This document shows, piece after piece, positions 1-9,618 of a stretch of DNA of 51,856 bases. Positions within the stretch are counted from its first letter, which is position 1. Each line of letters begins with the position of its first letter. Source of the stretch: Methanomicrobiales archaeon (GTDB lineage: Archaea > Halobacteriota > Methanomicrobia > Methanomicrobiales > Methanospirillaceae); assembly GCA_037137755.1 (NCBI GenBank), contig JBAXJR010000017.1, positions 1 to 51,856 on the forward strand. The letters run 5' to 3'. A model generated the notes under the pieces. That model was not told the DNA's origin. It was given only the letters and a program-made list of their open reading frames with translations, and did no database searches. The translations under genes were made by a program, and so were the position numbers.

Positions 1-60
1 GTTGGTACCGGGGTTGGTACCGGGGTTGGTACCGGGGTCGGTACCGGGGTCGGTACTGGT
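1..60. repeat. 12-bp tandem coding repeat (GTTGGTACCGGG-like, ~5 units) encoding PVPT
   Basis: Directly visible at the window start. Confidence 0.9.
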
Positions 61-413
61 TCACTGGTTGAGCCGTCAAACATTGAATTAATAAAAGACC
101 AGAAATCATTCGACCCTGATCCCGGATTAATAACGTCACCCCCATTATTAGTGGGATTAACCGTTTCCTGAGGGGGGGGCTGGGTCATGGCAGGGGTCAG
201 GGTAACGGGGATCGTCAATGTAACAGATGGTGTAACAGGAGTAATAGTTACAGACGGTGAATAACCCGTAGATCCCTCCCCGTTGATCGGTGTTGAGTGT
301 TGCACGGTGTTGATTTTAATTTCAAACGCACCCTCAACACCTGCCATCGAGACCATTACTGAGATAATGAGCAATACGGTCATGATCCTGGCAATGTGGT
401 TCTTCTGCGACAT
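1..413 (-). CDS. Secreted/cell-surface Pro/Thr-rich protein, N-terminal part (runs off the window edge)
   Basis: Not in the ORF track. My translation from ATG at 413 reads MSQKNHIARIMTVLLIISVMVSMAGVEGA (signal-peptide-like), then a T/P-rich linker, then (PVPT)n, with no stop before position 1. Confidence 0.8.
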   Translation of the reverse strand, partial: MSQKNHIARIMTVLLIISVMVSMAGVEGAFEIKINTVQHSTPINGEGSTGYSPSVTITPVTPSVTLTIPVTLTPAMTQPPPQETVNPTNNGGDVINPGSGSNDFWSFINSMFDGSTSEPVPTPVPTPVPTPVPTPVP

Positions 414-725
414 ATTGTGACCTAATAAGACCTATATATGGAGGATTCAAATAAAAAGCTATCCTGCCATAAATCGGGTTAAGGCCATATACAATGATGC
501 CATTTTGTGTTTGAAGGCAAATCATTGGATATCTGATCCCGGCGAAACTGATCGTGGTTACAACTATCAATACGCGCATGGGAGCTAGGTAATAAAACCC
601 TCAAAAATACCACTTTTTTCGTATTCCTTTTGAAAAATGCTATTCCGGCACTTAAAAAAGATAACCACTACGATAAATTTATTTTACCTACACCCCAATA
701 ATACAAAAAATTTTGGAGATTTTAC

Positions 726-1226
726 ATGTTACTTGCAAATGTGGCAGTTGGCATTATCCAGTTGATCATCGCAATCATTCTCGCAGTGGTTGCCCTGTAT
801 ATTGGATTTTCAGTACTAAACAAGATCACGAAGGGTATCGATGAAGAGAAAGAACTCGCGAAGGGTAATGTCGCGGTGGGTATTGTCGTAGCGGCCGTAT
901 TTTTCGCCATAGCGATTGTTGTACAGTCCGGTGTTGCCGGGGTATCTGTCGGCGTGGGATCGGCTCTTTCGTCAGGGCTTGGTTCAACAGATGCATATAT
1001 CGCAATCGGGGTAGCAATCCTTCAGCTCATCCTTGGGATCATCCTCGCAGTGGCTTCAATTTACATTGCACTCAGGGTCCTCGATAAAATGACAAAGGGC
1101 ATTGAGGAGTTCGAGGAGCTCAAGAAGGGAAATGTCGCAGTTGCACTGGAGATGGCCGGTGTGATCGTTGCCGTTGCATTGATCGTACAGGTCGGTGTAC
1201 TCGGGATTACCCAGGCATTGGTTTAA
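726..1226 (+). CDS. DUF350-type membrane protein (two internal repeats)
   Basis: Hydrophobic protein with a duplicated motif: TKGIDEEKELAKGNVAVG and TKGIEEFEELKKGNVAVA. Confidence 0.8.
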   Translation: MLLANVAVGIIQLIIAIILAVVALYIGFSVLNKITKGIDEEKELAKGNVAVGIVVAAVFFAIAIVVQSGVAGVSVGVGSALSSGLGSTDAYIAIGVAILQLILGIILAVASIYIALRVLDKMTKGIEEFEELKKGNVAVALEMAGVIVAVALIVQVGVLGITQALV

Positions 1227-1232
1227 AAACAA

Positions 1233-1247
1233 TTTTTCTCTTTTTTT
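1233..1247 (+). terminator. Oligo-T archaeal terminator (putative)
   Basis: TTTTTCTCTTTTTTT directly after the stop codon at 1226. Confidence 0.45.
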
Positions 1248-1392
1248 GGTCCCACAAAGGGTCACTTATTACAAAATCTGATGCTTAGTCACTCTGATGC
1301 CAGGATCTGACCTGAATAATTATATCGAAAAAAATGGATTATTAATTGGGCCCAGGTAATCCGGAATAAAGGATTAAACCCTCTGTGAGGAG

Positions 1393-2922
1393 TCAGATCC
1401 CTTCTTTCGTTACTTCTTCCGCCGTCTCTTCGGGTTTTATAGCTTCAGGTTTCATCTGCGGGAAGAGGATCACTTCCTTAATCGAGTCGCGGTTGGTGAG
1501 GAGCATAACAAGGCGGTCAATACCCAGGCCGACCCCGCCGGTTGGAGGCATACCATATCCGAGCGCGGTAATGAAATCAGAATCAATCATCTGGGCTTCC
1601 ACATCCCCGGCCCTCCGTTTGGCGTCCTGGTCCTCGAACCGGGCCAGCTGGTCCAATGGGTCATTCAGCTCGGAAAAACCATTTGCAATCTCCATCCCGT
1701 TGATGAAGAGCTCGAACCTCTCGGTGAAGCCCTCCTTTTCCCGGTGCTTTTTTGCAAGGGGTGAGTTTTCAACCGGGAAATCATAGACAAACGTCGGCTG
1801 GATTAGTTTTTCTTCCACCATCCCTTCGAAGAAAAGGACGAGGAACTCCCGTTGGGTCTTCGGTTTTTCATAGTCCTCGATCCGGTTCTTCTTTGCTATT
1901 TCGCGGAGCTCGTCCGGGGTATGTGCATGGATATCAACGCCTGCAATCTCTTTTACCGCATCTTCCATCGAAAGTTTCCGGAACGGGGGTTCGAACCGGA
2001 GCGTAACGTCGCCGTATGCGATGTCATAGTTTCCATGAATGGTGTGAACGAGATGGGAGATGATCCCCTCCATCAGCACCATCATATCACGGAAGTCCTT
2101 GTAGGCCTCGTAGATCTCCACCATTGAGAACTCCGGGTTATGGCGGGTGTCGATATCCTCGTTCCGGAAATTCCTCGCGACTTCAAAGACCTTTTCGAAA
2201 CCGCCGACTATCAGCCGTTTCAGGTAGAGTTCGGGTGCGATCCGAAGGAATAACTTCTGTTCAAGGAAATTGTGATAGGTCGTGAACGGTCGAGCATTTG
2301 CACCGCCGTAGATTGGCTGAAGGATCGGGGTCTCAAATTCAAGGAAGTCCCGGTCGTCCAGGTACCTCCTGATCAGGGAGATAACTCGGCTCCGCGTCCT
2401 GAATACCTCCCGGCTCTCTTCGTTAACTATAAGGTCGACGTAGCGCTGGCGGTACCGCTTTTCGATGTCTTTTAAGCCGTGGAATTTCTCAGGCAATGCA
2501 CAGACGGATTTGCAGAGGAGTGTTACCTGGTCAACCCAGATAGTGATCTCCCCGACTTTTGTCCGGAATACATGCCCGGTCACCCCGATAATGTCACCCC
2601 GATCGAGGTTCCTGTCGATGAAATCGAATTGCTCTTCCCCGAGATCGTTTTTCCTTATATACAGTTGTATTCGGCCGTTCTCGTCTCCAAGGTCAGCGAA
2701 TATTGTTTTCCCGTGATTCCGGACCGTAAAAATCCGCCCGGCAGTTGTGACACCTTCCTCGCTCTTTTCATGTTCTATTGCATGGAACCGCTGCTTGATC
2801 TCTTCGATGGTATCGTTTCGTTCAAATTTCGCCGGGTACAGCGGCACGCCGGCCTCTTGTATCGTCCTGATCTTGTCAAGTCTCGCCTCGTCAAAATTGA
2901 GGGATTCTGGTGTCAAACTCAT
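1393..2922 (-). CDS. lysS: Lysine--tRNA ligase, class II
   Basis: N-terminal OB-fold anticodon domain, GGANARPF, RIAPELYLKRL, FRNE, and motif 3 GMPPTGGVGLGIDRL. Confidence 0.97.
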   Translation of the reverse strand: MSLTPESLNFDEARLDKIRTIQEAGVPLYPAKFERNDTIEEIKQRFHAIEHEKSEEGVTTAGRIFTVRNHGKTIFADLGDENGRIQLYIRKNDLGEEQFDFIDRNLDRGDIIGVTGHVFRTKVGEITIWVDQVTLLCKSVCALPEKFHGLKDIEKRYRQRYVDLIVNEESREVFRTRSRVISLIRRYLDDRDFLEFETPILQPIYGGANARPFTTYHNFLEQKLFLRIAPELYLKRLIVGGFEKVFEVARNFRNEDIDTRHNPEFSMVEIYEAYKDFRDMMVLMEGIISHLVHTIHGNYDIAYGDVTLRFEPPFRKLSMEDAVKEIAGVDIHAHTPDELREIAKKNRIEDYEKPKTQREFLVLFFEGMVEEKLIQPTFVYDFPVENSPLAKKHREKEGFTERFELFINGMEIANGFSELNDPLDQLARFEDQDAKRRAGDVEAQMIDSDFITALGYGMPPTGGVGLGIDRLVMLLTNRDSIKEVILFPQMKPEAIKPEETAEEVTKEGI

Positions 2923-3192
2923 CTGGTCTCATCTCCCGTTAATCCTTGGGAATTCCATTGTACACCCACATCAGACGGAAAACTTTGGGTTTACCGTGTT
3001 TGAAACGGGCATGTACCGAGGGGACGGTTCACTTGGGTTCGCACCAGGGCGCCACCCCGGGTGGCATCTGGAGCGAAATGTACCTGATAAATTCTCCCCG
3101 GGGGATAATAATACCTTCAATGCGGGATCTTCTCCCCGTAAACCACGGACCCAGGTATGAAGATGGATCGGACAACCCGGGTAACCGCTTTT

Positions 3193-3681
3193 TTAGTCCG
3201 GCACCCCCATCGTGATCACCGTGATCGCCTCGGTAATCATTTCCCGGACCCCGTCAAGGTCGTTACGGTACGCTTTTCTCAGTGCCGGAATTGCCGCAGG
3301 ATCCCCCAGGTACCCGAGTGCCCAGGCAGTTTTCTGCCTGACCCTCCAGTCCTCGTCAGAAAGGGCCTCAATCAGGGGACCGACCGCACGGGCATCTCCC
3401 ATCCGGGCAAGGGACTCAGCGGCCTTCCATCGGCGGCCAGAATCCTCATTTTCAAGCATCGCGATATAATACCGGAACTTTTTCTCATATTCATCCGTTT
3501 CATCCTCACCTGCCGGGGGATTAGCACCTGCAGATTCATCAAACGGTTCCTTTTTGTCATCTTCGCTGTGTTCAAACGACCCGTTATGGCCAGGGGTTCG
3601 GGGATCAGGGGGAGGTGTGTTTTCTTCACCCGGAAATCCCATTCTGACAGGATACCTCTGCTGGTCCTTCATCACTATCAC
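3193..3681 (-). CDS. HEAT-repeat (PBS lyase-like) protein
   Basis: RWKAAESLARMGDARAVGPLIEALSDEDWRVRQKTAWALG repeats after an acidic N-terminus. Start codon uncertain. Confidence 0.85.
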   Translation of the reverse strand: MIVMKDQQRYPVRMGFPGEENTPPPDPRTPGHNGSFEHSEDDKKEPFDESAGANPPAGEDETDEYEKKFRYYIAMLENEDSGRRWKAAESLARMGDARAVGPLIEALSDEDWRVRQKTAWALGYLGDPAAIPALRKAYRNDLDGVREMITEAITVITMGVPD

Positions 3682-3865
3682 TCATGCGATTGAATGAACA
3701 ATACTATATCACCGTTGAGAAGCTCATCGATAAGAAACAGATCATTGGAATACCCTTGGCAATTTACTCCCAGGGAGTTATATGGACCTCCAGGTGCTAC
3801 GTGAATTGCAAGCATACGAATTTGAAACTGGCTTTTCCCCAGGGAAATAATACAGTGGTGTAAAC

Positions 3866-4492
3866 ATGAACCCACCCAAATCAGTATACCGGACAGATAA
3901 CGGGATCGTAGTCATTGAGCTCGTCCTCCGGAACGTGATGCAGCTCTTCAATTCCCTGGACCCATCACCATTTCATGAAAAAGAACTTGACCCGGACGCG
4001 GAGGAGTATATTTTCAACGCGGTCCTTGACCAGGGGAAGAAAATTCCGGTTAAAATGGCCATTTATCTTCCGCGAGAGTCGATTACCGAGACTATCCGGG
4101 AATCAATTATCCTTGGGATCCATAACCATTTCATCTACAAGTCCTCGGTTTCAGACCGCGAACTCCGGAGACTGTTCGAACGGGGGAGGATTGTACTCGT
4201 TATCGCCATGGGTTTTCTTTTCGCAACGCTCCTTGCACGCCAGATCCTCGCAACCCTAGAACAGACACTCCCAATCAGGATGGCCCAGGAAGGCCTCTTA
4301 ATTTTAGGATGGGTCACCCTGTGGGAGCCGGCATATATTTTCATCTACGGCTGGTGGCCGATTGTCCAGAAACGTAAAATTTATGATAAAATTACAACGA
4401 TGGAAATTGAAGTGCTGCCGGTCCCCTCAACCGGGGCCATCCGATCCAGTACCACGCAGGTGGTGCATGTTTCCACGAAAGGGAGCACCTGA
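3866..4492 (+). CDS. Hypothetical membrane protein (2 TM)
   Basis: 208-aa ORF with a soluble N-domain (QLFNSLDPSPFHEKELDPDAEEYI) and two hydrophobic segments. Confidence 0.75.
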   Translation: MNPPKSVYRTDNGIVVIELVLRNVMQLFNSLDPSPFHEKELDPDAEEYIFNAVLDQGKKIPVKMAIYLPRESITETIRESIILGIHNHFIYKSSVSDRELRRLFERGRIVLVIAMGFLFATLLARQILATLEQTLPIRMAQEGLLILGWVTLWEPAYIFIYGWWPIVQKRKIYDKITTMEIEVLPVPSTGAIRSSTTQVVHVSTKGST

Positions 4493-4522
4493 TATTATTT
4501 CGGTAGAGGGATACACTAAGTT

Positions 4523-5091
4523 ATGCCAAAGAAAGTGGTGCTGCTCACAGGGAGCCCGAGGCCGGAGGGGAATACGGCCCAGGTCATTGAAGAGTGCGTG
4601 AAGGTGATCAAGGGGTGCGGGGTTGAAACCGAGGTATTTTCTCTTGCAGGAAAAAGATTGAGTCCTGCACGGCCTGTTACCAGTGCAGGGAACTCGGCTG
4701 CTGTGTAATTAACGATGGGCTGAATGACCTTATCGAACTGCTCCGGGATGCAGACGGGTTCATCGTAGCATCCCCTGTGTATTTTGGCACAGCACGCGGG
4801 GACGTAATGTCCGCATTGCAGCGGGTGGGCCTTGTTTCGATGGTGACCGATAATTTCCTCCGCTGGATGGTCGGGGGACCTATCGCTATCGCACGCCGGG
4901 GGGGCCATACGGCAACCGTGCAGGAGATGCTGATGTTCTTCCTGATCAACGAGATGATCGTGCCGGGTTCCAATTACTGGAACATGGTATTCGGGCGTGA
5001 GCCAGGCGAGGTCTGGAGCGATACGGAGGGTATTACAACAATCCGCCTGTTTGCGACCAATGTCGCTGAACTCGTACAGAAACTGGACTAA
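4523..5091 (+). pseudogene. Iron-sulfur flavoprotein / flavodoxin family, frameshifted
   Basis: GSPRPEGNT N-terminus. Adding one A to the A5 run at 4651-4655 restores KKIESCTACYQC...ASPVYFG in frame with ORF 4777-5091. Confidence 0.8.
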
Positions 5092-5247
5092 CGGTAACCC
5101 GGGACCCACAGGGAAGAAGAACCCTTTTTTGATCCGGCGAGTACCATATTTTTCCCTGGAAGCGTTATCCGTGAGCCCTGCCCGGATCACTTGGTTTATA
5201 CTATAAAAGAGACTATAGAGGCCTGACACAGGAAGGCGAACCCTGAT

Positions 5248-6225
5248 TTGAGTACCAGTATTATCGAAGTTAAAGACCTCGAACACCAGTACGGTGATTT
5301 CAAGGCAGTCGACGGGATCAGTTTTACCGTAGGGAAGGGGGAAATTTTCTCATTCCTCGGGCCCAACGGGGCAGGAAAGAGCACGGCGATTAATGTGCTG
5401 ATCACGTTATTAAAGCTCCAGAAAGGCGAGGCCAGTATTGCCGGTTACGATGTCAGGACAGAGCCTGAAAAAGTCAGGGAGTCAATCGGGATCGTCTTCC
5501 AGGAGGTGACCCTCGACCGTGACATGACGGCCTGGGAGATCCTTGAATTCCACGGCAGGCTGTATGGGATGACCCGTTCAGACAGGAAAGAGCGGATACA
5601 GGAGATCCTCGAGCTGGTGAAACTGGAAGGAAAGAAGGACACCTTCGTAAAGAAACTGTCAGGCGGGATGAAACGGCGGCTTGAAATCGGCAGGGGGCTT
5701 ATGACGAGGCCAATCGTACTCTTTCTCGACGAACCGACCATCGGTCTTGACCCCCAGACACGGATGAGGATGTGGGACTACATCAAGGCCGTGAACGAAG
5801 AGGGGACTACCATTTTCCTCACAACCCATTACATGGACGAGGCGGACAGCCTGTCAGACCGGATCAGTATTATTGACCACGGGAAGATCATCGCGAGCGG
5901 GAAACCGTATGAACTAAAGAATGCACTGGGCCAGGACATTATTTACCTCGAGACCAGCGATAATCCAAGGGCGCGGGCCATTATTACAGACCTCGTAAGT
6001 GTAAGCGGGGTCAGTGACAAAGGGAAGGGAATCCTCATCACGACGAATGACGACGGGACAAAGGTACTCCCCCTGCTAATTGAGGAGATCAGGAACAGCG
6101 GTATCAGCGTCATTACAGTGAACCTGAAGAAACCCTCGATGGATGATGTATTCGTCCATTTCACCGGTCGCGAGCTTCGTGACGATAAGCCGGAAAAGAT
6201 CTCAACAGCATTCGGGAGGAGATGA
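5248..6225 (+). CDS. ABC exporter ATP-binding subunit (DrrA-like)
   Basis: GPNGAGKST, LSGGMKRR, LFLDEPT and TTHYMDEA motifs. Confidence 0.93.
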   Translation: MSTSIIEVKDLEHQYGDFKAVDGISFTVGKGEIFSFLGPNGAGKSTAINVLITLLKLQKGEASIAGYDVRTEPEKVRESIGIVFQEVTLDRDMTAWEILEFHGRLYGMTRSDRKERIQEILELVKLEGKKDTFVKKLSGGMKRRLEIGRGLMTRPIVLFLDEPTIGLDPQTRMRMWDYIKAVNEEGTTIFLTTHYMDEADSLSDRISIIDHGKIIASGKPYELKNALGQDIIYLETSDNPRARAIITDLVSVSGVSDKGKGILITTNDDGTKVLPLLIEEIRNSGISVITVNLKKPSMDDVFVHFTGRELRDDKPEKISTAFGRR

Positions 6226-6228
6226 ACT

Positions 6229-7065
6229 ATGCACTACGGCTTTTTGACTATCTACTGGCGGGACATGATCAGGTTTTTGAGGTTCAAGACACTCCTGATC
6301 TCCTCGCTCGTCCAGCCGGCGTTGTGGATGGCGTTTTTCGGCATTGCAATGTCTGCCAATTTTGACCGGCTCGGGGCCTCAATCCCCCCAATCCCGGGTG
6401 TCCCTGAAGTACAGTACCTGACATATATGGCGGCAGGGGTCATTGCAATGACCGTGCTTTTCACAAGCCTGTTCGGCGGGATCGTCCTGTTGTTTGACAA
6501 AAACTGGGGACTGATGAGGGAGATCATGGCAAGCCCGCTCCCGAGGGACCAGATCATATTCGGTATTGCGCTCTCAGGCATGACAAAGTCCTTCATCCAG
6601 GTAATTATTGTCATGGTTTTCGGGCTGCTTATCGGGGTAACGTTTTTTGCCGGATTTACCATCGGTCATACCATCATTGCATTGCTTGGGATCATGCTCT
6701 TTGTAGGGATGTTCTCTATCGGGTTCCTCTTTTTCTCCGCGGCCATCTCCATATCGATGGAGACTCCGGAGGGGTTGCAGGGGATTATCACGCTCCTGAC
6801 GATGCCCATCTTTTTCGCAAGCAACGCCCTCTACCCGGTTGAGGCATTTCCACCGGTTTTACAGGCGATCTCAACCGTAAACCCGCTCTCCCAGCTGGTC
6901 AACGGTGTCCGGTATTTTGCAATCGGGGATAATTTCACCACGATGGGCATTCATTATGTTTATACGACTGCCGGGATCCTCCTCTCATTCACGATACTCG
7001 TCATATTTGCGGTCGCCATGTTCGGTGTCGCATGGTGGAGGTTTAAAAAGGCCGTTGTCACCTGA
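6229..7065 (+). CDS. ABC-2 type permease (DrrB-like)
   Basis: About 6 TM segments, ASNALYP and NPLSQLV motifs, 3 bp downstream of the ATPase gene. Confidence 0.9.
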   Translation: MHYGFLTIYWRDMIRFLRFKTLLISSLVQPALWMAFFGIAMSANFDRLGASIPPIPGVPEVQYLTYMAAGVIAMTVLFTSLFGGIVLLFDKNWGLMREIMASPLPRDQIIFGIALSGMTKSFIQVIIVMVFGLLIGVTFFAGFTIGHTIIALLGIMLFVGMFSIGFLFFSAAISISMETPEGLQGIITLLTMPIFFASNALYPVEAFPPVLQAISTVNPLSQLVNGVRYFAIGDNFTTMGIHYVYTTAGILLSFTILVIFAVAMFGVAWWRFKKAVVT

Positions 7066-7260
7066 TCAGGAACGATACCCGGTTTTTGTTGCAGGCCAAC
7101 AACAAATTCCCGAAGGATTCTTATTTATCATAAAAACCACATCAACGGACTGCTCTGTTGAATCACGCTCACATGGCTCCGCCTCCCCCGTTTTATGGCC
7201 CAGGCGGGGATATTTTAGGATTCCCGGAATCAGATATATATTCCGGGTCACTCCAGATGA

Positions 7261-7323
7261 ACCCTGTCCAATGAATATCTTCATTGGGAAAGGGACAGGC
7301 AGGGGGTGAAACCCCCTGCTGCC
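7261..7323. repeat. Structured intergenic repeat, copy 1 (double hairpin)
   Basis: CCTGTCC/GGACAGG stem enclosing CAATGAA/TTCATTG, then GCAGGGGGT-GAA-ACCCCCTGC. Homologous to 29853-29915. Confidence 0.65.
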
Positions 7324-7461
7324 TCAGCAGTCCTGTTAACTTTTTTTCATTTTAGTCATGGATTTCTTCGAAGCTTATCCTATCGTACTCTGCATAGATG
7401 ACCCGACAATCATCGCCTGCTTAATCAGTCCTTAGCTGATATCCCAGACCATCGATGAGGA

Positions 7462-9618
7462 CTATGTATCATCCGGAGCAATTGTGGCCTCTGGATTATC
7501 CGGTTCTGATACAAACACCCGTGCTGACGATAGTTCAACCATAAAATCGTCTATATGGTACATATCACTCAGGACCATCTCGCGGAACCTTGCGGCAGGG
7601 ATTAAGCTGCCGAATTTCCATCCATCCGGTGCAGGGAGCAGGATGACAGATTCCACCTCTTCCCGGGAAAACATCCCCGCCTCCTCCGCCGCATGGACAA
7701 CCGTCCCGAACGGATCGTCACCCCTGACACCGCGTACGAGAAGCGAGAAGTCATTATAGCTCATCCTGCCCCTCGACCCGAGTGTCCGGTTGAGCAGGGA
7801 AGAGTAGAGTTTCCCGAAATTGTTGTTCCTGAAGGTGAGGAGGAGGACACCCACTCCCTTTGCACCCTCCCGTACCTCAATTACGATGTCTCCCCGTTTA
7901 AAACCTGCAGGGACTTTCGAGATCACGCGTGCCAGGTTGATAACAGCATCATCCGGGAGCGGAAGTGCAGACTTACCCCTGCGGATTATCCGTGAGACCC
8001 CCCTGCATACCACTTCACTATATCCATGCGCCCCGCCGGTCCAGAATATCCCCCCTTTCTGTTCAGACCCGGGTACCACGACAACCCGGTTACGTGCTTC
8101 ATCACAGGTAATCATTGTCCAGTTCTTCCCGCCAAGCTGGAAGTTTGCACTGTTTTTACTATTGACGAACCTTGCATCAAGCCGCCCAACAATTTCACCA
8201 TCGGGAGTGACGGCACGAAACTCACCCCCGCCGGTGATTACGGAATACAGGTCACGCCAGTTTGCCTGGCCGAACTCTTTTTCAGACCTGGCCCCAAGCA
8301 TCAGCATCTCACCATCCGCAACCAGGTACTCTTCTGCCCGGAGATTGTTGATAATCTGTTCAACTGCCACCGGGGGGATTTCCCTGAAGGGTGTGAGGAC
8401 ACGCAATGCTGTTATCAGGCTCCTTGCGGACGCCCTGCGTCTTCTCAGCAGTTCCAGCAGGAGTTGCTGGACAAGCACATTATATGGTCGCATATGCGGA
8501 ACAAGAGGCTCTACTTCCTTTTTACTCGCACACTCTATCACGGCAACGGTACAGAGGAGTTCGCAGGGGTCACGGAGTATAAATGCAACAAACGGCGGTT
8601 TTCCCCGCCGCCCGCTCCGCCCCATGCGCTGCAGGAACGAGGAAACGGAATTTGGGGAGCCGAGCTGGACCACGATATCGAGGTCGCCGATATCGATCCC
8701 GAGTTCAAGCGAGCTGGTGCATACAATACAGGCACTCCCCTCACGTGAGAATGCTGATTCCGCCTCTCTCCGCGTTTCTGGCGATAGCGAGGAGTGATGC
8801 ACGGAGAGGTGGTCTACCCGGCCACGGAGCGATTTTATTACTTTTTCAGCATCGCTCCGGCTGTTCACAAAAACAATTGCCTTCTTCCCCGAAACGATCC
8901 TGACAAGGGAGGTGATGCGTCTCACTTCATCTGGTTCAACCGTAAATGAGAACTTCTTTTCACGCGGGGGGACAGGCACCCGGACAACTTCCTGGGCCCT
9001 CCCCGGTGCAGACAACCACCCGAGCACTTCCTCCGGGTTGCCAACCGTTGCAGAAAGACCGATCCTCTGCACATTCCTCCCGGCCACCTTGTCCAGCCGG
9101 TCTAGAAGGCACCGGAGGTGGACACCCCGCTCGGATTCCACAAATGCATGCACCTCGTCAATGACCACAAACCTGAGATTTTTAAGGTCTGCCGTGAGTT
9201 TCCGCTCAAGCATGAGGACTTCGAGGGATTCTGGGGTGATCATCAGGAAATGGGGAGGTTCCCCTGCGACCCATGCACGGTCCCCCTTCGGTACGTCGCC
9301 GTGCCATTTCTGTACTTCAAGCCCGGTCGGAACGGCAAACGTAAGGAACCGGCCTTCCTGGTCATTGATGAGCGCTTTTAACGGGGAGATATAAACGCAT
9401 GCGACCCCGCGGGCCCCCTCTTTTAACATGGTATCGGTGACCGGGATCAGCGCTGCCTCGGTTTTCCCCCCGGCCGTTGGTGCGAGGACCAGCACGTCAC
9501 TCCCTGACCATACCGCCCGGCAGGTCTGTTCCTGCACATCACGGAGCTCACTCCATCCGAGACGCTGCAGGAGTACTGACTGGAGCGACTCGTGCAACCC
9601 CTCATACACAGAAGACAC
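7462..9618 (-). CDS. Lhr-like SF2 DEAD/DEAH-box helicase
   Basis: APTAGGKT, ITPESL, DEVH, GLSATVG, HHSSL, CTSSLELGIDIG and QRMGRSGRR motifs. Confidence 0.92.
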   Translation of the reverse strand: MSSVYEGLHESLQSVLLQRLGWSELRDVQEQTCRAVWSGSDVLVLAPTAGGKTEAALIPVTDTMLKEGARGVACVYISPLKALINDQEGRFLTFAVPTGLEVQKWHGDVPKGDRAWVAGEPPHFLMITPESLEVLMLERKLTADLKNLRFVVIDEVHAFVESERGVHLRCLLDRLDKVAGRNVQRIGLSATVGNPEEVLGWLSAPGRAQEVVRVPVPPREKKFSFTVEPDEVRRITSLVRIVSGKKAIVFVNSRSDAEKVIKSLRGRVDHLSVHHSSLSPETRREAESAFSREGSACIVCTSSLELGIDIGDLDIVVQLGSPNSVSSFLQRMGRSGRRGKPPFVAFILRDPCELLCTVAVIECASKKEVEPLVPHMRPYNVLVQQLLLELLRRRRASARSLITALRVLTPFREIPPVAVEQIINNLRAEEYLVADGEMLMLGARSEKEFGQANWRDLYSVITGGGEFRAVTPDGEIVGRLDARFVNSKNSANFQLGGKNWTMITCDEARNRVVVVPGSEQKGGIFWTGGAHGYSEVVCRGVSRIIRRGKSALPLPDDAVINLARVISKVPAGFKRGDIVIEVREGAKGVGVLLLTFRNNNFGKLYSSLLNRTLGSRGRMSYNDFSLLVRGVRGDDPFGTVVHAAEEAGMFSREEVESVILLPAPDGWKFGSLIPAARFREMVLSDMYHIDDFMVELSSARVFVSEPDNPEATIAPDDT

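Noticed and set aside
1-60. Tandem repeats as a possible CRISPR array
   Set aside because: There are no spacers; these are 12-bp coding repeats. No CRISPR array or cas gene was seen in the window.
334-579. 81-aa ORF from the track
   Set aside because: It overlaps the better supported signal-peptide ORF starting at 413 in another frame and has no recognisable motifs.
3049-3066. GCCACCCCGGGTGGC hairpin upstream of lysS as a riboswitch or T-box leader
   Set aside because: It is a single short hairpin with no T-box or lysine-riboswitch consensus.
4516-5286. 256-aa minus-strand ORF
   Set aside because: It is an antisense shadow of the iron-sulfur flavoprotein gene.
7820-8797. 325-aa and 240-aa plus-strand ORFs
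   Set aside because: They are antisense shadows of the helicase; the same applies to the many shadow ORFs over lysS, purM, tfrAB and cbi genes.
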